A stretch of DNA of 63,897 nucleotides, filler included, from Reticulomyxa filosa (lineage: Eukaryota; Protista; Foraminifera): assembly GCA_000512085.1 (NCBI GenBank). It is 12 parts of 12 records of this genome, joined end to end, with 100 filler letters (N's around TTAATTAATTAA, not from the genome) between each part and the next. Parts side by side here need not be neighbours in the genome. Positions count along the whole stretch, not along the records: positions 24,662 to 26,776 come from ASPP01007081.1; positions 26,877 to 31,606 come from ASPP01038964.1; positions 31,707 to 49,310 come from ASPP01019463.1; 9 more parts are not named here. The stretch is one strand, 5' to 3'. The position numbers were made by a program, and so were the translations under genes. The notes under the pieces were generated by a model that ran no database searches, was not told the origin of the DNA, and saw only the letters and a list, made by a program, of their open reading frames with translations. Positions 25,906-37,323 of this stretch are shown one piece after another. The stretch's first letter is position 1; the number at the start of each line of letters is the position of its first letter.

Positions 25906-26650
25906 TACAGTAAGATAAAAAAGAAAGTTGAAAGCTAAAATACCACCTTATAGAGATGATTGTGTTTCTCCATTAAAAAGCAACATTTAATCAAAATTTT
26001 TTTTAAAAAAAATATCTACGAATCGTGTAGTTTTTAAATATCAGTTTGGTTTTTTATTAAGTCTTTACAATTTTTTCAAAAATTTTAATCTTTCATTTAC
26101 TTTAAAAAAATTTTTTGTGGTGCCTGCGTATGATAAGATTTATTTTTTTAAAATTTAATTTAAGTTTGCCAACGTGTTCCTTTTTTTTGCTTTTTTAACT
26201 GATTGTATTTTCTTTGCATCAACTTTATTAAGATTTCACAAATGTTTGTTTCTATTTTTTCTCATTTTATTTCGAATTAGTTCCAAAGTTCTTCAGTAGT
26301 ATTAATGGTCATTTTTTGTGAATCCTTGTCTTTAATATCCACAATAGATTTTCAATTGGATTTAATCGGGTAAATTTGAAGGAAAATTCATTGTTATTAT
26401 TTTTTTTGTTTAATTATTTCATAATTTTTTCCGATTTATGGCATGTCGCATTATCTTGCTGGAAAATACAATCTTATTTATTTTCTAAGCAAAAATTGAA
26501 GCTCTTTAGCATTTAGTCAGATAAAATTTATATATATAAGTATTTATTCCACCTTGAAAGCGTAACATGTTCATAATGCTCCAAAACATGACCAGACTAA
26601 AATGCTTTCACCACAAAATTTTGCTATTCTTGTTATGCAATTTTCATCTA
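25906..26650 (-). mobile_element. Tc1-like (DD34E-type) transposon, degenerate 3' half with TIR
   Basis: TA-CAGTAAGATAAAAAAGAAAGTTGAAA terminus at 25906. Minus-strand GESILVWSCFG, FQQDNATCH, FPSNLPD(L)NPIENL with ~34 residues between the second D and the E. Contains stops and frameshifts. Confidence 0.88.
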
Positions 26651-27139
26651 ATGGTTGTCAATTAATATTTCGGCAACAAAATAATCAACATGGCAAAAAT
26701 CATATCGAATACCTAAAAAAAAAAGGAAAATTTCAAAAATTGTTTAAAAAAAGATTGGCAAATTTCATGACTACGANNNNNNNNNNNNNNNNNNNNNNNN
26801 NNNNNNNNNNNNNNNNNNNNTTAATTAATTAANNNNNNNNNNNNNNNNNNNNNNNNNNNNNNNNNNNNNNNNNNNNTTTTTTTTTTTTGAAGCGCTGCAA
26901 TAGTAATAATCTTGCATGCTAAGTTTTACACACATTATTCTAATATTCATAGTTCAAAAAAATTACAAGTAATAATTGTCGAAAAATTTAAGTCATTTGA
27001 ATGTGATTACAATAAGTTTTATTCATGTAAAATATAAGCAAATTCAGGCTACATAGAAATAAGTTATGTAAATTAAACTAAGTTCAATAAATTTACTCAA
27101 TATAATTATGCAAATTATTAGAAGATAAAAATGGTCATT

Positions 27140-30100
27140 ACCTCTCATTTATATATGGAGTCTGACCTGATCTTGCTAAAAAACCGTTGATCTTTTTGCT
27201 TGTCCAAGTTGTGCAAATAGCCATTCGTTATATTTTTTGCAAGCTTGCTTCTCTCGCTTCAATTCACACAGAAATAAGTGTTAGTAGTATTTTGTTAACA
27301 AGAAATACAGCAATAAGCAATCAATACACAAACCTTAATTCTTTCTTTGTCGGGAATGGACATAATATCATAATATCTGTGAGCATAAGTCATTTGAAAC
27401 TGTTTTCCTTTGCTTAATTTGGATGCTTTGTTGCCATTGTAGACATTACTTTGTCTTTTGTTCGCCTTTGTTTCACTCTGTTGCGCAACGTCATCAACAA
27501 ATATTTTTTTGCTCGAATATGGTTTTGTGTCGTGTTCAACCTCGACATTAATCTGTTTTTTTTCTTCATTTTTTTCATCTTTGTTAGCAACGCTAAGCCA
27601 TGTGTCATTGAAATCAATTCGTACCAAATGCCAAATTCCACTCACAATGTTCATATTGTCTTTTTTTCCCCCCCCCCAAAAAAAAAAGAAATTTTTTACT
27701 CCAATAAAATAAAAGTGAGGAGGACTCATTTAAAAATATCTACACAAGTGCAAGGAGAAAAAAACTTTGTCGAAAAGCAGGATCTAACCATGGCATAATG
27801 GACTTGAATATTTTCAAAGCATAATACCTGATTTCCAATGGGACATTGTCAGCGGCATATTTTTTCAGAGAAAAGTACGCTTTGCAATCGACCAAATACT
27901 TGCAGTTTACTTCGCTATATTTGATACACTTTTGAATAACTCTCAAGAAATTACACACACAGGTATTTCTTCTCGTATCCGGTATATTCGACTCTGCAAA
28001 GGTCGATAAGTGCGCCAGGTACTCGTTTTTGGAAATATTCGCAATCGTTGCAGGACGCATTATACTAGTGTAAATGGTGCATATATATGTATATATATAT
28101 ATGTATATGTATATATATATATTTTTTTGTTTGTTTTTTTGTTCCTTTTGGTTATTTTTTTCTTACACACATACGAGTAGTGTGACGTGATGAATGCCTG
28201 ACACCAGGGTGTATCGACGAAATGTAGACAATGCAACAGTGCACGATTATCACGTAAAAGACTTACCAAATACTTGTATTGCAGCACATCTAATTTGCAT
28301 ACCATACACAGTGCTTTTTTTTTTTCTCGTATTGTTTTGTTATTTGCTGTTCGCCATACCATGTGTCCGAAACAGCTTCAATAACGAAATAAGAATGCTG
28401 GACACGACGAATGCGACAATGTCTTGATGTCTACGTATTTCGGCTCCGGACAACGTATCTTTTGCAAGCGGGACATGAAGCATGAGCTCCCATCGGATAT
28501 CCGGTGGTCCCTGTCCTTCCACTCTGGACTTAGCTGCAAGTGTTTCACGAGCGCAAACAGATAGCAAGCGTACAAGAAAGCGTACATAACTCGATAATCG
28601 ATTATTGTGTTCCATAACGTTCTCTTTGGTCCATACATTATTGTTATTATTGTTATTATTTTTATCATTATTATAGTTATTCTTATCTTTTACTTCTTTT
28701 TTGTCTTTCTTGTCGTTCAGCTTTGTGCTGCTGACTTTATTATTAATATTATTTTTTTTTTTTTTTGTTGAAAAAACAAACAAGTAAATAAGGCAACAAT
28801 ATAAGTCGTTCCAAAAATACAAAAGTTGTTGTCTGAAATATAGATACCTGTCATTAATAAATAAATGTTAATCGCAGCTGGATTAAACCTTTCTCCAACC
28901 AAGTATACGTGCTTATGCAAAACATTAACGGCCTGTTTTAAGCTTGGAGGTATGCTACTGCTTTGAAAGATATGTATGTTTGGCTTGGCTCGTTCCAGAC
29001 ACAGTTCATCATTTAAGAAATGCCAAGGATATTCTTGGTATATTGGCTCTTGCATATCTTTTTTCTCATCCACACATTTGCTGGGCGGCACGATCAACAA
29101 AGGCGTCCACACTTGCTCAATGTCGCGACAAAAGGTGTATAGCTGCTTTATACGTGCCTTTTTTGAGTATACGTCAACCCCTCGACTCACTGCTCCCACA
29201 TGGCGACTTATATCATTCAGTTGAGATGCAAGTCCTGCTCCGTATACTATTCTCATATTATTATTCAACAAAACAAATAAATGTAAAAAAAAAGTATTAT
29301 TGTTGTTTTTCATCGCTTCCTTTCTCTAGCAATTATCAATTAAAAAAAAAACAAAAACGTAACACAAATGCCATCGCACATAAAATAACATCTTTTTAAT
29401 AGGCATTTTCCTCTCCCAGATTTCAATCACTCATTATATTTAAAAAATAAAGAAACAATGGCGTTTTGTTGTCGATGACAAAGTCGGTTATAAACATGCC
29501 TTGGGATGGCCATGCGGAGTCGTGGTTTTTCGAGTTGGCAAATTGGGATTTCTTTGCAACCATTTGTCGTTGAGACCATGACAAACATAACACAACATTT
29601 AACCACATTTGTAATATTCGATTGGTTTCCCAAATATCTGCGTCTTGGCATTGGAGGAGTGCCGTTTCCAACTTTAATTTATTGAGTTCTTCTGTTTTAT
29701 CTTCATCATCATTCTCGTTATTAGCATTATTATTATCATCATTATTATTTTTATTTTTATTTTTATTTTTATTATGTTTCATTTCCGGCATTACTTCTTC
29801 CTTGTCGTCCTTTTTTATTCATTTTAATCTTTGTCTTTTCTTTGTCTCCGTCATTGTCATCATCACCGTCATCGCTATTGTCATCACTACTTCGTCGTTA
29901 TCTCCATCTCCGTTGCTCTCATTTCTATCATCATTACTATCTAATTCTTCCTTACCCTTTTTATTATCATACTCTCCTTGAGCCGGCAATGCACTTATTG
30001 CGGTAATGTGATAATCAAAACATATTTTCAATATCCGCATTAGTGTTACTATTGCACACTTTTTTTTAAAAAAAACAAAAATAATTCCCTCACCTCCAAA

Positions 30101-30930
30101 TAATGGTGTATGTACAAAAAAAAAAATCGGACTTTTTCTGATCCTCCCTCCTCTCCCCTCTTTGCAAATTATCACTCAGTCCAAAACTTTGGATTGTAAA
30201 TGTTGATAAATGTGTTGCCCATTGATTTCAATAAAAGTAATCAATTTGTTATCTTGGATTTTTTCACAAGCCTTTTTTCTTGTGCTGCCATTCTTGCCGT
30301 TACTATTGCTTTTTGCCTCTCTATTGCTGTCGTCACCATTACTTGAGTGAGCTAGTTCGTTACGAACACCACATGAAAACTCATTGCCTGGCCTCACTTT
30401 GAATTTATCAGATATATGCACATTTCCCATACAATACATCAAAAACAAAACACCGACGCGATAAAACTGTTGTCCCAAGGTTCGTGCTACCGCCTTTGAG
30501 TCACACCTTAATGAGATCAATGGGGATGCAAACATCCCATTCGTGGAAACTGACAACAAAGAGTTCATATCCTCAATTATCGAATCAATGTTGTCATAAG
30601 CTTTGTGTGTGTGTTGTGTGCGGTGACGTTCTTGATCAGACCAACGCAATCAGAAAAAAAAATAATGTGCACCTACTAAACGTGAAAAGGATTGGATATT
30701 TTCTGAAAGAAAAAAAAATGTCTCAGGTAAAGAAAATACATCTTCTAATTCCTCCGAAGGTGTTCGCACATTAGAGACTAATGCTTCCATGTCGTTGTGA
30801 TAAATAAAAAAAAATTGAGCGAACTTTTCCAGTGAAAACTTGGCTGTCTCCACAGCCTTTTTTAAAGTCGGGGTGTTGTGGGTCGAGTTTGTTTCGTCTT
30901 CAGTTAAACAAAACTTTCTTCGAGCCTACT
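27140..30930 (-). CDS. STRIP: STRIP/FAM40/Far11 (HAM-2) ortholog, STRIPAK complex subunit; multi-exon, ends approximate
   Basis: EIRRHQDIVAFVVSSILISLLKLFR..QYKYLVSLLRDN (cf. STRIP1 RHKEIIVKAISAVLLLLLKHFK..QFEY). NFLRVIQKCIK..YLVDCKAYFSLKK..YYALKIFK..RQS/NMNIVSGIWHLVRIDFNDTW (cf. NLLRILNKLTK..LYVLKLLK..RKSNMKTMSAIYQKVRHRLNDDW). Also IPPSLKQAVNVL and a terminal YNEWL. Confidence 0.82.
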
Positions 30931-31404
30931 TAAAAAAAAAAGCAAACAACAGGTCCCCTTGAATAAAATTTTTAACGTAAGATTTTCGAAATTCTTTTTG
31001 ACAAAGCACTTCAAGTTTGACACAACCACACTTTTCTACCAAAATTGTGGGCCGTGTAAAGTGAAGTTATTTTCTGTTAAGACATTTGTTGCAACAAAAA
31101 AAAAAAAATGGTTGAAGTGAAGGTTTTTAACAATGAACTTATAGTGTGATTAGGATTATTAAAAAAAAGTGAGCCCAATAAATACAATAATAAATACAAA
31201 CAATAATGAATATTGTAGAAATGGCAACTGATGTTCCTTTGGAATCGTCCACCTATATCTCCAAAACGAACACTTCGGCAGAACATAGAGGAAATGCAAA
31301 TGTAAGCATTTACGAAATATTATTTTTGCTTTTTCCAAACAGTATTCCAACGCACATTCTAAAAAAAGGGGAGGGAAGGGGATGGGATTGGTGGATGGAT
31401 TTGT

Positions 31405-31541
31405 GTCAAATGTCGGCAAGATTATCCGTCCAAATGAAGAACCTTTGAAGCCTAATTGGAAGCACTTGCCCGTTGGATATCATGGCATAGCTTCAAGTGT
31501 AGTTGTCAGCGGTACACCAATTCGAAGACCTGTTGGCCAAG
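31405..31541 (+). pseudogene. FAH: Fumarylacetoacetase (FAH) exon-sized fragment
   Basis: [45 protein letters not shown] (FAH consensus NVG..R...[29 protein letters not shown]). The upstream DYTDFY motif is absent and GRASS has become GIASS. Confidence 0.75.
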
Positions 31542-31706
31542 TTATTTGCCACTTTTTATGTTTTGTGTTTGTAATAATTTTTTGTTCCTTCCTACTCCAT
31601 TTTTTTNNNNNNNNNNNNNNNNNNNNNNNNNNNNNNNNNNNNNNNNNNNNTTAATTAATTAANNNNNNNNNNNNNNNNNNNNNNNNNNNNNNNNNNNNNN
31701 NNNNNN

Positions 31707-32250
31707 ATGACAAATGATCATTCAATTTGTGTTTGTAACAATTGTATTCACATCCAAATGGTTTATACCAACAATCTGAAATTTTCAAAGGACAGACATT
31801 ATTCAAATGATCATTCAATTCTTTAATTTTCCCTTTGAAATCACATACTATTCCTTCATTTGTTTGTTTTTGTCCTTGTGATTCCTGTTCAAATTGTAGT
31901 GGACATATTACTTTCAAGGCACCAATGTGTCGTTGTATCGCGTCGCTTTGATAATATAAAACACTATCATGAGATTGAACAGGACAGGAATTCGGATTTG
32001 CTTTTAAAAATCGTTTCAAGCAATTTTCGCCAACAACAAGTGATTCACCGATACCTTTGTGTTGTGGACAACAGATTTCAATGGGATCGTTGGCAACTCG
32101 TTTGCAAATCAAACAGATAAAATGTTCAAATTGTTCTGGTTGATTCAATTGCAATATCCAATTTTTATCGAAACACGATTGTTCGACAGAAACTGGAGTT
32201 ACTCCAGTGTTTGTTTCTTTTGAAGTTTTCTCGTCTTCCACTCCACTCAT
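31707..32250 (-). CDS. RING-like + TRAF-type zinc-finger protein (3' partial)
   Basis: Close paralog of 12696-13267 (MSxxEDEKTSKE..GVxPVS.E.SCF.K.WILQ.NQ.EQ..HFICLICK..CWYKPFGC). Confidence 0.87.
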
Positions 32251-32749
32251 CTTTTTCCTCAGCTTCCAAAAGTTCTTTAGTTCTTTTCAATGCTATTAGT
32301 TTTGTAGAGTGTTTTTTGAATATTTTTATGAACGAAAAAGAAATTTTTTGTGTTTAAATTTATAAAATTGCAAGTGACTTTTGGTATTTTTTGTGTCACA
32401 GTTTTGAGTAGATTCAAGGCTTTTGTATAAATAAATTTTGTTTGCAAGAAAAAATAACACAAACTTTTTTATAAAGAATCAGAAACAATTCTATTTTCTT
32501 GCATAGTAGCCTCATTTTTTTTTATGGCAGGTTTTTTTTTTGCTTGCATATTAAATAAACAAAATGAAAATTATTTGCAAATGAGATAGCTTATCTCCAA
32601 AAGTGAAACTATTTTTCTATGGAAACCTTTATGAGCATTATTGCACAAGCTGACTAATAAAGAACAAATCAATCTGTTAATCATTGTTGAAGATTATCGT
32701 TCATATAAGTTATCAGATAGCTTGTTTGCATAGTTTTTTGTCCGTGGTC

Positions 32750-32810
32750 AATGATACAAAGAAAATTTGTATATATGAAATGATACAAAGAAAATTTGTA
32801 TATATGAAAT
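32750..32810. repeat. Perfect 29-bp tandem duplication
   Basis: aatgatacaaagaaaatttgtatatatga x2. Confidence 0.9.
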
Positions 32811-33120
32811 AAACGTAATTATTGAAGAGTGAAACTATGATGGATTAATTGAATTTTTAAATAGTTAGTTGACTTTATGAATTTGAATAGCATAAAGTAT
32901 TTAACAAAGAATTTGAAGCGTGTCATTATATATTTACCTTATTTAAAGATTGGAACGGGCCCTTTTTGAGAAACTTTTTAATTCATCACATTAATTAAAT
33001 TAAAATATAAATTACATTATTTTAATTTTAACTTGATAATTATATATCGCCTTTCAAGTTCCAAAAAAATTAAATAGACATAATTTACAAAAAAAATTAA
33101 AAATAAAAGCAAAATTGTAA

Positions 33121-35845
33121 TCAATCAAAATAAGAGCTGACTGGTTTGTTTGCAGTTTCATGGATATCAGCATTTTTTCTTTCGCTTGAATAACAAGAAT
33201 TCTGAGCAAGTCTATTTTCACTCGCACTACTAGTTTTCACGTTTTTTGCCTGCACTGTATCCACTCGAAACAAAACAAAAGTTGTGATACTGTTTTATTG
33301 TTTTCAATACTGTTCAAACCAATCAGAAAAAAAAGAGAGTATAGTTACGTGGGAACATGGGTGAGACCGAAGGATATCCATGAGTGTCCAAAGCTCCACG
33401 AAATGAAGGTAGTCCACTAAGCAACGGACTTGCTGTGTCCATCAAATCTTTACAAACAAAAAAAAAAAATATACATGTATATAAATAATATGTATACATA
33501 TATATATAACATCTACACTACAAAAGCACTCCACAACAAACAATTATTTTTTGTATACGTATAGTCAATATATATATATATATATATATTTTTTTTTTGA
33601 AAACTTGTTGCAGTGGACTCTCCTGCCAAATTCTGAGGATGACAACGATTGCGAAGGAAAGCATCGTGTTGGAATGAATTATGAGTGTAAAGGGGATTGG
33701 AAGAGGATGGATGAGCAACATGCAAGGACGTCAAATGTTTAGTGTGCGACTGCGCAAAAACGTTTCCTCCCAACTGTTTTTCATGGACTTGTTTATTTAA
33801 ATAAGCAATCACTCTTTGATTGGATTCAATGGCTTGATGGGCTTGCTCCAACTTCTCTTTGCAGCTCGTGAGGGTGTGTTTGAGGGACTCGACCTCTTTG
33901 CGAAGCTCGTCAATTGTGTTTTCCTTTTTCAACAAATCCTGACTCAAACTTTGGTGCTTTGTACGATCAGAGTCCAAGTCATTTTGGATTACGACCAATT
34001 GCTGCTCCATTCGCTTGCTTTCCGATTTGCTGAGACGTAATTCATTTTGCAATCGAGATATAATCGCATTCCCTTTATTTATCTCTTTCACACACTCACG
34101 CGTTTTTTTTTTCGCTTTTTTCCAGTGTCTTTTTCATTGCGTCTATTTGCTCTTCATTTGACACCTACATTTTGTTATCAAAACCAAAAGGTTTTATTAT
34201 ATACATATATATATATGTATATATATATATGTATATAATAAAACCTTTTGCTCTTGTGCAACTCTGGCCAACATTTCATTGTGATGACAGATTTCATTTT
34301 TATCTTTGACTTGTTGTTGCAAAGCAGCAAATTGCAAGGCGTACGTGTGTATTTGCTTTTCCTGTTCAAACTTCACAGATTCCAAAGTTTTGACCTCGCC
34401 TCGCAATGCTTTGAGTGCTTCGTTATTGTTCTGGCATCCCTCTTGCACATGCTTATGGTCGCCACACAACGTTAAGTACTTTGTTTCCAACTGCTTCTTC
34501 TCACTCGTCACCAATTGGTGCTTTTCAAACAGCTCGCTCAGCTGTTTTTCCAAACTTTTGCACTGCGTCTTCAATGTCTCCTCCGACGCCTCTTTCGCTT
34601 TCATCCATTCCTTTCGTGTGTTGTCTTGTGCTTCAATATGCTGAGATCGAATCTCGTTCACTTGTTGCGCATGCATATTTCTTATAACAGTATACATAAA
34701 TATATATATATTTATATATTTATAAATTTATATATATTTATATATTTATGTTTTTGTCAAAGAGAAAGAACTTCAATTCAGAGACGGAGTGGTCCAACTT
34801 TTGCTTGATTTGTTGCGCCAACTCTTGGCTTTTGTGTTTGTCTGCAAGTGCTTGTTGCAGTTGCACCTTGCACTCGGACAGGTCTTTGGCCAATTGCAGA
34901 CTCTCTGTTCTGAATCTCATCCAACAGTTGCTCAGATGCTTTTTCAAGCTTTCGTCGTTGGCACACTTCAACTTCAATGCAATGTGTTGCAGGTGCCGGA
35001 ATTGATTAGTCTCTTGCACACTCAAAATTGTTGTTGTGTCATGGTTTCCATGGCTTAGCACTGCCACGAATCTTTGTTTTGTTTTGTTTTGTTTTGCTTT
35101 TTTAAAATTTTTCTTTGCACTCAGTTGACAACACCAAACAAAAACAAGAAAATTGTCGTACTTTGGATGTTCGTCTTGTTTGCATTTCAGACATTGTTGA
35201 AATAAAGACATCAAAGATTTGGGAAAGCCATTGAAATCAACAAGCAATGCTTGTTCTGTTTTCAGTTGATAAAATTCCATTTCACTCACCGTCAATACGA
35301 ATAAAAAAAATGGGTCATTCTTTTTTTTTTTTAGTATCATTCAAGGTGTTGCTATCGATGGATACACTTTTTTTTTTTTCCCCATTTTTTTCAAAAAAAA
35401 AAAAAAGTTCATTTTAAACTTCATCAGTAATGGTTACAGATAATACGTAGTGGTTTTGCGATGCTTGCAAAACACATTGAATGCTTACTGCCAATTCTCG
35501 TGTTCGTGTGTCCCGAACAGAAGATTTCACAAGAAATGGCACATTTATTTGAAACAGCTGCTCATTGCTGTTGTTTGTGCGAGCACTCGTGCCATCTGAA
35601 TTCATTGTAAAATTTGTTGAGTCCAACATTTTCGATGTGTTGTTATTCCCTTGATAACCGGAGTTTATATATTCTATGTTTTCTTGACCGTTTCTTGTTC
35701 CTGTCAACAGTCGTTTTGCAGGAAAAGCATGTCATGTTTGGTGTTTGTTCTTTTGCTGTTTTTGTTGTATTTGCTACTTACTTTCATTTTCTAGTGCTGT
35801 TGTTCTTCCACGATATGCGTTCAGCAAAGATGATTGTTGGTGCAT
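33121..35845 (-). CDS. SAS6: Spindle assembly abnormal protein 6 (centriole cartwheel protein), multi-exon
   Basis: ITDE/NDPFFLFVLTVSEMEFYQLKTEQALLVDFNGFPKSLMSLFQQC (PISA motif). ETNQFRHLQHIALKL..NDESLKKHL keeps the head-head Phe (human F131 equivalent). Long coiled coil, VIAYLNKQ, and a C-terminal SSYFD*. Confidence 0.95.
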
Positions 35846-36078
35846 GAGTTTTTTTTAATTGTACATTGTCAAAAAAAACTTTTCTGGAGTACAAAATTTT
35901 GCTCTGAGACTGCTTGAAAAAACAATTTTGCAAATCTTAAACATTTTCTTCAGCCATTGACAACAGTTCGCAGTTCTTTTGTAATTAAACACACAGACAA
36001 AAAGGCAGGTGTAAACGCTTTTTTTTTTTAGTTCAAATATTTTCTTATTTCTTGTCCGACTAAACATTGCTCTCACCT

Positions 36079-37323
36079 ATGAGCGAAACCCACTTACTTA
36101 GGGAGAATACATCTCCTTACTTTGAATACCTCGTGTTATGGTTGCCACTTTGTGTTACCAAAGTTAAAAAGCTTTTTTGTTTTGGTGTGTACTTTTTCAA
36201 ATGGTCCTACTCATATGCACACACATACAAATAGAAAAGACATTTCGCTACAATATTTGTAGGGTATAGTTTTTTGATCCTTTTGAATGGAATTTCAATT
36301 TTTATAATAGCTGTATTGGATCGACACAAAAGTATAGTATTGTTATTATGGGACATTGTGGATATGGCAACGTCCATGCTTTTGTGTATTTACCAAGTAT
36401 ACTTTTTTAGGAGCTATTGGAACGACGTAAAAAACCTCCTTAATAACAAATCGAAAAAGAATGAAGAAGGATCTAACAACTTATGTTCAACAAAACGTCT
36501 TTTTTTGTTGTTATGGCTTCCTTATTCTTTCAGTGCTATCAGAATACCAAAAGTATACCAAAAAAAAAATAAAAAATAGAGCCACTTCAAAAAAAAAAAA
36601 TTCACTTTTTGCAAATATATACATATATTTTTTGTTTGTTTGAAAAAACGATAGTTTGTCTTTAATTCAAAATGGGCGATTGGATGGTACTTTTATTTTT
36701 TTATGCGCGTCTATGGATTGTATTGGCCTGAAATGATAATGGGATATGTATGTGGTCGAATATTTGAATGTTTGTCACAAAAATTTGAGAAGCTGAGTAA
36801 AAAGTTATCAGACAATTGCAATGCACAGGATTTGTGCCAGTATTATAAAGAGTATCAAACAGAAATTAAAGAATGGGAAAAACGAGTGCATTACTGGATC
36901 AATATCTTGTGTTTGAGACTGTTTTTTCAAGCGTGGTTTGGAGCCTCTGTGTTAATGAGCAGTTCAATCCGCAACTTTTCTCTTGTTGAATTGGTGTTTA
37001 TGTACGTGTGCATACTTTGCGATTTTGCATTTATTGGAGCCATTCTTTATCCTGCAATCACATTGCAAAGTCAATTCAATACATTCAAGCAAAATGTGAA
37101 GCAAAAATTGATTGATACCATGCCTTCACAATATGAATCATCGTTGGGTAATGTGGTTAATGAGGTGATCGCGCTTACGAGATTAAATCAATTGACCGTG
37201 GAGTGTCCTTATCAAATCACTTTGTTTGGTATTACTCTCAGTCACATGGTTATCTTCAGAATTATTGGTGCTCTCATCATTGCCAAATTTTTGTCTGTTA
37301 TCAATGCTAGGGATGCACTTTGA
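36079..37323 (+). CDS. Seven-TM protein (~355-360 aa, 3 exons) with 7TMIC/gustatory-receptor-like (GRL/DUF3537) topology
   Basis: Exons ~36079-36162, 36235-36552 and 36655-37323 join in frame via GT-AG introns. Seven hydrophobic segments, long charged helical loops after TM4 and TM6, and a C-terminal LNQL..CPYQITLFGITLS..IFRIIGALIIAKFL. Confidence 0.65.
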
